Shown: positions 51,096 through 61,232 of the stretch, in pieces | Numbering within the stretch: position 1 is the first letter of the stretch | Layout of the letters: every line of letters begins with the position of its first letter | Assembly (NCBI GenBank): GCA_976226885.1 | Contig: OZ320322.1 | Coordinates: 15,128,001 to 15,192,000 of the forward strand | Length of the DNA: 64,000 nucleotides | DNA from: Iphione sp. A-MEVVRFRX5 | Taxonomy: Eukaryota | Direction: 5' to 3' | Program-made: the position numbers and the translations under genes | Notes under the pieces: model-generated | The model's input: the letters and a program-made list of their open reading frames with translations, nothing else | The model's database searches: none | What the model was told of the DNA's origin: nothing

Positions 51096-51720
51096 ATGGC
51101 CACAAGGTATGAGGTAGTGGATGATGAGGTGCAGATTTGGGTGCCCAGTCTGGTGCCGGAAGAGGAAGAGGATCACTTTGAGATTGCTCCGGAACAACTG
51201 TTGAAGATGAACACCCTCAAGCTGGAGAGATTTGATGGGAAGACCATGGACTGGGACAGCTGGATTGCCCAGTTCACAGAATGGGCTGATGCTTGCTGGT
51301 GGGGAGAAGACACCAAGTGCTCCACCCTGACATTGTCCCTCACAGGAATGGCACGGATGTACTATGGGGACCTGCCCACAGATGAGAAAAAGGATTACGT
51401 GACTTGAGTGGCTGCCTTGGAGCAGTGCTTCGGATGGTGTAGGGATTGGATTGTTGCCATGCAGAAGCTTTCCAGCACGAGATGTCAGAAGGATGAGGAT
51501 GTACGGGACTTAGTGGACAGAGTCCAGCGCATGGTCCATACTGCATATCCTGATGTGATGGGAGATACCCGGGAGCATGCAGCCATGGCCGCCTTTCAAC
51601 AAGCTCTTGCAGACACACTGCAAGTGTCTGGAGGCGAAATGCACCACCTTGGATGAAGCTATTCAGGTGGTCAAGACACAAGGGCATTTCTGGGCCAAGA
51701 GATCTCCTTTGGGCCCGTGA
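51096..51720 (+). pseudogene. gag: Gag of element C (truncated)
   Basis: KLERFDGKTMDWDSWIAQF..LSLTGMARMYY capsid-like motif. Confidence 0.82.
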
Positions 51721-51893
51721 ATGGAAGACCGCCCGACCAAAGGGAAAGTATCAAGTTGAGCTTAACTCATGATCTGACACTCACGGCGGGGGAGGGGCTG
51801 GCAGCCCCTCTAATTCCCTCAGGGGGCACCCCCATCCTCGTGGAGGGAGTAGGAGAGGAACAGATGTAGAGGGGCATCTTTGGAATTTGATGC

Positions 51894-54800
51894 GTGGTCA
51901 GGGTCACCCTGCCACTGTGGAACCTGGGGCAGACAGAGGTGGTAGTGAAACATGGGACCGTGCCTGCCAAGGGCCACCCTGTACTGGTGGGGGAACCCTC
52001 ACCAATACCCTTGACCCCTAGACTCCAGAACATTTGGCAGGAAGCAGAAGGGGTAGTGGAAGAGCTGCTAAGACAAACTAAGGCCCTGCTTAGCAAGGGG
52101 GAACTTGGAGCCCTTGAGGACATGCTTAGAAGACATGAGGCAGTGTTTGCATGGTCTAAGGGGGACCTTGGTCAAACAGACCTGGTCCAACATCGCAAAA
52201 AACACTACCGACGGGGATTTGTTTTTACTACCAACGTCATGTTCCCCAGTTCGCTAGTGTGGCAGTTCCACTGAACTGCCTCACCAGCACCTGCGTGAAG
52301 TTCATGTGGGGCCCAGAGGAAGAGGCCACCTTCCAGAAGTTTAAGGAGGCCCTAAGCACCAGCCCCATCTTGGGCTATCCGCATCCCAAGGGGAGGTACT
52401 ATTTAGACACAAACGCCAGCAATGTTGGTATAGGGGTGGTCCTAGCCCAGGAACAGGAGGGCCAAGAAGCCGTCTTAGCCTACTATAGTAGAAGCCTCAG
52501 CAAAGCCAAGGGGTGGTATTGCATGATGCGGCAGGAGCTGCTGGCAGTGGTGGCGGCCCTTAACCCTTTAACGACCAGGAAAAATTAGGTTTTTGCCTCT
52601 GGAAATAGAGGTAGAAGCTTATCTGTGTTCCTAACAGGAGTATAGAGATAGACCTGATATTGTGTCATACATCGTTGTAAACCTTGGGAATTGTACTTTG
52701 ATTGAACATCAATTTTGTTCCTATAATTTAGTTGTCATGGTAACAGGATAGCCCTGAGTATAGGCGATTTTTTCTGAAAAAAATGAGAAATTTACACTTA
52801 TTCAATTATATAAGTTATAAATATTGGTTTTAGAGAAAAACTTACTATTGAGCAAATGTTCAGGAAGTGATTTGCAATCTTTTGATACCTCATTTTTTGC
52901 TCTCTATTAATCAAATACATTGTATCATGAGCTGCCATTTTGTATCTATCATGCAAAAAATGTAAAATCCTATGCATCAGCTGCATCATTGATATTGCAT
53001 GAGCAGTCTTTAGGTGTTACCATGGTAACAAATTGAATAATTGATAAATCATATCAATTAGATCTAAATGCTTATTAGTCAGTCTAACTCTTTATATGTA
53101 ATTTTGGTAGGAAACATAACATATCTTCAACAGATTTGGCAAATATAATATGTGTGCCTATTGCAAAACACTATGTAATGCATCACATGATATATATGCC
53201 CATTGCTAGTAAAATGCAACTGACATTTGTCTGTTGTATTCTATCTAACTGAATAAAGAAGAGGACAAACTATGAAAAAGTTGCTCAAAATAAATCATAA
53301 ACTCAAATTCTATGGTATGATTTAAAAATATATTGCAATTCTACTAATTGCTTGAACTGTAAAAGAGTTTACTTTCATCATAGTACATATGTATAGTGGT
53401 AAAAATAGCTGCTGACTGTAATTTATGCAAATGAGGAAAGTCATGTGATCAGTTTTAAAGGCTTTCCTCTTAAAACAGTGCATTTTTCCATAACACCTAA
53501 GGAGAACACCATATTTTTGTCTTATTTTTACAGAAATAGAGAGAATATCTTCAAAATTCATGTTTTTAAATCATCACGAAGTTGCATCGGACAAAAATGT
53601 CTGATTTTACCATTGTTGGTCATTGAAGGGTTAAGCACTTCCACTTTTACCTCTACAGACAAGAAGTTATAGTGCGGACAGACAATGGGGCTGTCAGCTG
53701 GCTGAGTAAAATCAAGGACCTGGAAGGCCAGCTGGCTTGTTGCCTCGAATGGATCAGACAGTACCGCCTGTAGCTGGTACAATGGGCCGGGTGACTTAAC
53801 GCAAACGCCGATGCCTTGTACTGGCACACTTGCCGCCAGTGCAAACAACCACACCTGGAGGAGCTGCACCTGGAGGAGGAAGAGATGGAGGCACCCCCTG
53901 TAAGAGTAGACACCAGGAGCCAAACCGTCCCAGCCCAGTCATGAGAACTGCAACAGGCACAGTTGCAGGACAAATCCATCGGTCTGATACTGCCCCTTTG
54001 AGAGGACTGCGTGGATCAGCCCGCTTGGGAGGATGTGTCAGCATTGCGCACCGCTGCCAAAGCCCTCTGGTGGTAATGGGACCGGCTGGTGGTTAATGAG
54101 GGCCAGCTCCAATGGTGATGGTATGGATTGGGGGTGGAGCTATCCTGACTGCAGGTGGTGGTCCCCATTGAACATCGGGAACAGTCCATCCAGGAGGCTC
54201 ATGGAGGACAGAATGGGGCCCACCTAGCCGCTGGATGCATGGCTTACCTGGTTTCACTAGCATACTATTGGCCAGGAATGCAGAAGGATATAGAGGCCTA
54301 CTGCCAACGCTGCCACTGTGCACTTCTCAACTGATCACCAACGACCCCAAACCCCTACCTGACCTACCTGTTGGGGGAGCCGAAGGAGAGGTGGTCAATG
54401 GATGTGGCAGGCCCCTTTCCCTCAACATCACGGGGAAATCACTATGTCCTGATGGTCGGGGACCACTTCACCAAGTGGCTAGAGGCCTTTGTGATGCCAG
54501 ACCAGAAAGCTGAATGGGTAGCTACCATATTAGCAGAGGAAGTGATAGCACGTTACAGGTGTTTCCTGAAACTGCATAGTGACCAAGGCACCAATTTCTG
54601 TAGCGAGGTCCTCACTGCGCTCTGCACTTTCTTGGACATCAAGAAGACTCTGACCACCCCCAGACACCCGCAGAGTGACAGGTTTGTTGAGAGAAGTTTC
54701 TGGATCATGGGAAGAATGATCAAAGCCCACTGTCATGAGACTGGAGACAAATGAGATGAAGCGCCGCCGTACCTGCTTATGGCATATCGGGCGTCCCCAC

Positions 54801-55350
54801 AAGCTAGCACTGGCTACACTCCCAATTACCTGATGTTTGGTAGGGAAGTGGTACTCCCAGTACACGCCTTAGTCCGGGTTTCCTCAGCAGCTGGCAGATG
54901 CCAGGCCACTCCTCGAAAAGGTGGCGGACACCACATGACACCTACAGGAGGCCTACAAGAGGGCAAGGCATCACCTGCAATGTGCGGCCCGTACACAGGC
55001 AAGGGCACAAGACTGCTGGATGGCGGGACACCCCCTCCAGGAGGGAGATGTGGCTTGGTTACATGAAGCACAGCCCCTGAAAGACAGGAGCCCCAAGACG
55101 CACTTTCCCAGGACGGGACCGTGGCTGGTTGTGAAAAGACTGGACGATGATCGAATGGTCATGCAGAGGATGCATCAGGGAAAGGCTAAAGTCGTACACC
55201 ACAACAGGTTGTGAGAATACAAAGGAAGAGACCCACCTCGTTGGATCAATTCTTGGGAGAGATGCCAAGCGGAGCAGTCTGATATGGCGAGGGAATCTAT
55301 GGTAGCAGGAGCAGGGAAGTTGGCATAGTGGAAGATGGCTGTTGCGCAAT
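51894..55350 (+). pseudogene. pol: Pol remnant of element C (RNase H and integrase), split by a MITE
   Basis: SPILGYP, YLDTNAS, LAYYSRSL; MDVAGPFP, VGDHFTKWLEAF, HSDQGTNF, TGPW; no YxDD present. Confidence 0.9.
52564..53630. mobile_element. Non-autonomous piggyBac-type MITE (1067 bp)
   Basis: TTAA TSD at 52560-52563 and 53631-53634; TIRs CCCTTTAACGACCA and CCCTTCAATGACCA; removal restores VAALKHFHFYLY in RNase H. Confidence 0.93.
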
Positions 55351-55399
55351 AGTTCATGGGGCAAGGCGGGAAGCTCGGACTTGGAGAAGGACTCAAAGG

Positions 55400-57370
55400 A
55401 CCTGCGTCGGCTTAATGGGTGGCCGGAAGGCAAAGAAGAGCCTGAGAATGAGCCCATGAGGAGACGTGGACAACCGGGAGGCACTCAAAAATCTGGAGGT
55501 ATTGGGAAGCACCTGGAGGCACTTACCTTGGAAGCTTCGGTAGGAGGATGGCCATCTTGGAGCAGTAAGAAGGCCAGGGAGGGAGGACAAGCATCCTGGG
55601 GTTGCCTTGAAATTTCCAGGAGAAGATGAACCTCCTGGAGCACGCCAAAAATGTTTACAATAGGGCTGGCAGATGCCCTGGAGGGGACACTTTGAAAATG
55701 ATTCGCAGTACGTGACGCAGGCTTGCGGCGAGACGAAATGCGTAAGGGCGACCGAGTTGTGGTCCATTTCCTCTGGTAGTTGCATCCCTCTGGAAAACCC
55801 AAGCCTAGTCGTGACTCCTTTTCCTCTAGAAGATGATGGGGGGCCAAGATGCAGTCCCTGTCCTCTGGATGGAATATAGCCAGGTATCGGCAGATTACAT
55901 CCGATGAGAAGCGTAGCTGAGGCAGAACTGGAAGGGGGGGTTAGGATACCAGTGAAAATGAGCACCCCCCTAGCGTTTCAGCATACTACCTACCTGTTAC
56001 CTGAAGAACCATTCCCTGTGAAGAAGATGAGGCTGGAAGTAGAAGAGACAACAGAACATTTATTACAGATATGTATAAGGGGAATGGAGGCAAGTGATCC
56101 GCTGCATGGTAAGTCCTAGGGACAGCAGCTACTCCAACAGAATGGGGAGGCAGGCAAGATCACCCAACCAGTCTGCAATGCCCTCCACCAAGGCTCACCC
56201 TAGGAGAGGCCCGGTCTCTGACGACCTGACCAGGGTGGGGCGGGAGGGCGTATCTCTCATTGACACTGACTCCGGCAATGGGGACCTTGTAGGTGAAGAT
56301 TCAGCTGAGCTGCTAGAGGAACTGCTGGAGCTCAGAGTGGGGAACCAGTCTGGCGAGGCGGCCCTAGGCGGTGTTCGGGCTGGGAAGAGCCCAGATGACT
56401 CATCCTCTGAAGATGTCCCATAGTGAGGGCTCCATGGGTCGAGCTGCTCAGTGGTCCATGAACCCAGCGACCAAGAGCGGTCACTGACTGGTGACGGAGA
56501 ACGATGCACGGCTGGGCCCTCCAGCCTGGCAAGGCAGACTCCTACTGACCGGAGGCTCTGCTCTGGGGAGAGTGTTTCCGCCTGGACAGAATAGCGAGGC
56601 GAGGTGGGAGGTACAGGCGGCATCATTGGGCTGTGGGGACACAGCACAGAGGGCTCCATCAGATAGATACTGATTTCCACCTGGTGATGGGGGCCATAGA
56701 GGTGAACATGGCCTGGAGCTGGGATGTAGAGTGGCTTGGTTAAGACGGGATACAGGTCATAAACCCGGATCATGGGTCCTGGAGTGCCGATGTTGATCGA
56801 GCAATAGTAGGTGTCTGGGGGACAACTCCTGCAAGCAACAAAGTGGGAAGAGCGTGAGCAGTAGCATGGAACATTAACAGTGGCATGGAAGGTGAGGAAA
56901 AGGAGAAGGGGCTAAAAAAAAAAGGAGAGCCTTACCAGGTCAGCCTCTTGAGGGTAGACAACAAGCAAGAAGTCACGAAACAACTGAGGAACCTCCAACT
57001 GCATGGTAACAGGTTACTGGTCCTTGGAACAACCCTACCTGTCATCAACCAGGGGGTACCCCACCAGCTCACAAGCAAGGGCCTTGAGGTCAGGGGAGCC
57101 ACAAGGAAGGTCAGCTGGAAAGCACATCCTACAAGGAAGAGAAGAACACTATCCTTAGGTGACAGTCTGGACTGGTTAACCTTCCCCCCTCCCTGTTCAA
57201 ACCTCCAAGTTCACTGTAAGAGCCAGGAGGTAAAAGTAGGGAATCCCTGTGACCAATAGGAAAGAATGATCCTCCCCTGTCAAACACTGCATGACCATCC
57301 GGTATCCCAGGCAAGTAAAACCCGTGTTGGGAAAGGCCTGTGAGGTAGGATGGTATCTCCATGGTCACAA
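55400..57370 (-). pseudogene. Antisense accessory ORF(s) of element C, possibly spliced
   Basis: ORF 56195-56773 extends in frame to an acceptor at 56829; candidate intron 56829-56935 (CTG|gtaagg ... ttgcttgcag|); second acceptor near 57131. Confidence 0.45.
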
Positions 57371-58497
57371 GCAGGGGTGTGTGTACACTCCGACGTCACC
57401 GCGAAGACTAGCGAAGCGGCGAACCGCGCCGACTTTTATATGTTGCAGTGCGGGACATCCCGATCGGGGTGCCCTGAGCAAATTGTACAGAGACCCGAAG
57501 GATTTTTTTCACTAAAAAGAGGTGCAAATGCAGCCAGGAGGGGCCCCAAGTGCAAACATAGGAGCTTGAAAACAGTTGAGAGACCACGAAACAGGGGGGG
57601 ATATAAAGGCTTTGTCTCAATTTCTCAACAGGGACCCAACCAAAGCAGTGACCGGGGAATCCCTCGGGGAACTCCGAGCAGAACTGGAGCTTCGTTCTTG
57701 TGTTTGGCCCTGAAAATCGAAGCTTAGTATAAAACTGGGTGAATAAGAATAGGGAAAATGAGCATAGGGACCCGAGACGGAGTAAGAAGAACATTTTACC
57801 TGATGATCCCCACAGGGAGGGACCTGACACAAGGATACCCACATGGACTGGCCGATTTTATCCGCCAGGGGGGGGGGACCCAAAGTGAAAACACACTTTT
57901 AGGCTGGTCAAAGTTCGCCATTTAGGGGGGGGGGGTAGGAGTAATATATGCTCTGGGGGACCCATGCAGACAGCCAGAGGCTCGTTTTCGGATCATGGAG
58001 ATGAATGTCGTTCGCGCTGAAGATATTTTGAAGAAAACAGGGAGAAACATGTGAAGATACTAGCAGAGACATGGAGATAGGGGAGAGGGACCCATCAGGG
58101 CTACAGAGAAGCCAGCGACAAGCGTGGAAACCCACTAGACAGGCCTAAGAGTGACCTCGATCAAAGACGTCGCACGGATGGGACCCAAAGGGATTCTCCC
58201 AAAGGCGTAAGTGCAGCAACTTTCATTAGGGGACCCGAATTGAGCTGATACAAAGAAACTTTTTGTGGGTGACCTGTAAAGACTCTCACCCGGTACCCCG
58301 GACGAATGTTACTCAGCAGGGGGGGACCCGACTGACTGCCATTACAAGAAGGGGTATGCCAGCTGGGTGCCATCCAGTGCCCCAAGGAGGGGACCCGACC
58401 AGTTGTCGGAGGGAGGCACTGAGAGGGGAGGACCCCCCGAGGGAACCACTGCAGTCGTGGGTCATCCATCACCCTGAGAATCAAGGATGCCACGCAA

Positions 58498-59640
58498 ATG
58501 GGTGGCATAGCCCAAGCTCAAGAAGCGGGTGCTCAAGAAGGATTACCCCCTCCCCCTGGCACCGAGCTTTGTCCCAAGTGTGTTACCCGTTGGCCGTTTT
58601 ACCCGGGAACGTCCATAGAGCGGCACGACGATGCGGTGCATAAGGGGAAGCGGAGGAGGGGCCTGTATTGTCTATATTACCCTTCCATCATTAGTGATGT
58701 GCACTCCTGGACTGCCCATGTGCATAAGTTCTACCCATAAGCAGCCAAGATGGGGCTGGTTAAAAAGCCATACAGAGGACTGTATGATGTCACCCCAACA
58801 GAAGAGGCCCAAGGAGATGTCCTGGACGACACCCATGCAGAGGTCATCCTTTGCGCCCGAGCTCTAAGAAGGGAAGACTGGTCCATGAGCCAGGAGGAGG
58901 CTGAGGCAATACTGTTGAGTGCTGCGCCATGTGCTACACTGGCCAAGACGCGTCGATGGGACATGCCGACCCTGCCCGACACTGCCCTCTGACCACCAGA
59001 CATGGCAGGTGGGGTGGGGAACGCCACCGCTCTGAGGTCAACCAGGAAGCTGAAAGACGTGATGGCCGGCACCCGTGTGGCTAGCAAGGCTGAAGCAGCA
59101 ACTTCAAGCTATCAGCTGCCAGCACTGCTGGCCCAATCCTGCTCGTCAACCAATGACTTGAAGGTGGGCATCCGGAGTACCCCTCGACGGACCCGTTCGT
59201 TGGCAGGAATTGGTGGACTCCTGTTGTGCCAAGGGGACTGTGCATCCAGAGCCTCCCCGAGACTCTGCAGTGGCCCCCTAAAGGCTGGTCCACCTGGTCG
59301 CCAGCTAAGAGGCTAATGGTGAGTGCCTCTGTGGCTTGGGTGGCCCACTTGGCTGAGAGGAACCCCACTGCCCCACGATCCCTGCTGGCCCCCATCCATA
59401 AGAGGCCCTGGCTACTACTACCATGACTGCGCCTCCCACAGCCCGAGGACTGGGGAGATCTGGAGGCCACCTATGGGTGTCATAACCGCACCATAGATGC
59501 CGCAGAGTGGCTAGTGAAAGACTTTCAGCCCGGTTTAGGCTGGGTGGAAGGCCCTCAGGTCGACGAGGCTCTGTGGCAAGGGGAGGCGGCCCTCAACCAT
59601 AACCGATGAGAGGAGCGTGACTCCCTCATGGCTGATGTGT
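58498..59640 (+). pseudogene. Accessory ORF3 of element C: 2x C2H2 and conserved C-terminal domain
   Basis: CPKC-x14-HDDAVH; degenerate CLY(Y)..HVHKF(Y); WPPKGWSTW..SASVA..PWLLLP..HNRTI. Confidence 0.72.
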
Positions 59641-60711
59641 GTCGCAGTGCTCCCCCGTGACAAGCCCGGTTGGGGCTGTATGACATTTGGCTGAGAGACA
59701 AGATAGCAGCCCCTCACCTGCCTCTGCCTCTGGGCAGCACTACCGTGGTGGTCCACATGACCAAGTTATAGATGGTTGGGGCATTACCTGTGGGGCATTT
59801 TCTTGTAGAGGGGGGGCAACAGGGAAGAGTCACCCCAATGACACAACTATGATTATCCCCGAATTTGTAACCTTACCTGTTTCGATTGTGTTGTTATCCA
59901 CTCCACCGGTAGGTTGTGCTAGATAGGCTGTTCTAGGATACACCCAGGGGACTGTACCCCACAAAAATAGTGATGACTGTATAACTCTGTGATTCAAGGA
60001 TGGTATGTCAACTTAACACTGTATGGTGTGGGTATGAGTATTCCTGAGATTGAGACCTTACCTGTATCAATGATGCTTTTACCTAGTTAACAGGAAAGTT
60101 GTGCCAGACGAGCTGTTACTAGGTGACTCAGTACGCTCGCTGCCCCAGTTGTTATCGCTAAAGATAAGAAAAGGTTTGTGGAAAAGAAAAAACGGGGGCC
60201 TGTACGCCAACAAAAAGGATGATTACCATTGTGAGTTGTGGACTGTTGTTGTGGTGCCCTGATTCCGTACTTACCTTGTGATGTGTCGTGCTTGTTACTC
60301 AAGGTGTGTGGTAAGACCAGAAGTTAAGAAGAATTCATGAAAGGGGACTGTACCCACAAAAAGAGTAATGATTGTACCACACTATGATTCTGAGGATTGC
60401 GCTTGATAAGTGCTTTGTTGTTTAAAAGCATAATTAACTGTTATGATCTGGGACGTTACAGTGATCAAGTGCCCTGTTGTTACGATTTGAGCATCTAGCA
60501 TAACCATAGCCAGTATGGTCCGTAGTGTTACCTTTATCAGGTGCCTTGTTGTTTTGATCTGACATGAGAAACTAATCAAGTGCTGCAAAGGATGTTACTG
60601 AGGAGTATGATAGTCCTGTTATGATCTATATACTGTTGACATCAAGTGTCTTTAACAGTGTGAGTTTCCCAGCTGTCCCTGAAGGGGGAGCCTATTTTAA
60701 GCAGGGGAGAG

Positions 60712-61232
60712 TGTGGAGGAGAAGGCAGGCTGCCCTGTGGGAGTGCGGACTGTACTCTGTGACCTGCTGGAAGCAGGGACCCAACCAGTATTGTAAGGGA
60801 CCCAACCAGTTAGACAGGGAAACAAGCAATGTTGGCAAGGGGTCTGTGGGACCCAAGCAACTGGTAGGGGGACCCAACCATTATTGTATGGGGACCCAGA
60901 TAATACACTTTATGCCCCCAGCTTTGATTGACAGATGGAACAGACAAGAATTATGTTGTATCAACTTTATTCAATTTTTTGATACATCAATCTGGTCACA
61001 TGATATGTGTATCTACTATAAATATGGGTCCTTTGTGGCCAATAAACCAGTCTGCACTTGGACTACCTTGTGGAACTTGTCTCTCTGCTAAGGAACCATG
61101 AACTACTTGGAGCTACCATTAAGGGACTAAGTGGGATAACCAATCGGATTAACTGAAGGAATATTAAGCCAGGAATAGCAGCACTATAGTTGGATTATTT
61201 CCAAGTAGAGCGACAACATGCATTAAATTACA
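60712..61232 (+). repeat. 3' LTR of element C
   Basis: Copy of 50539-51065 with five GGGACCC motifs, followed by TSD ATAC. Confidence 0.95.

Larger units (their letters stand above)
50539..61232 (+). mobile_element. Gypsy element C: both LTRs present, protease and RT core deleted, ~5.3-kb accessory region
   Basis: LTRs 50539-51065 and 60712-61232, TSD ATAC at 50535-50538 and 61233-61236, Leu PBS, purine tract at 60703-60711. Confidence 0.95.
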
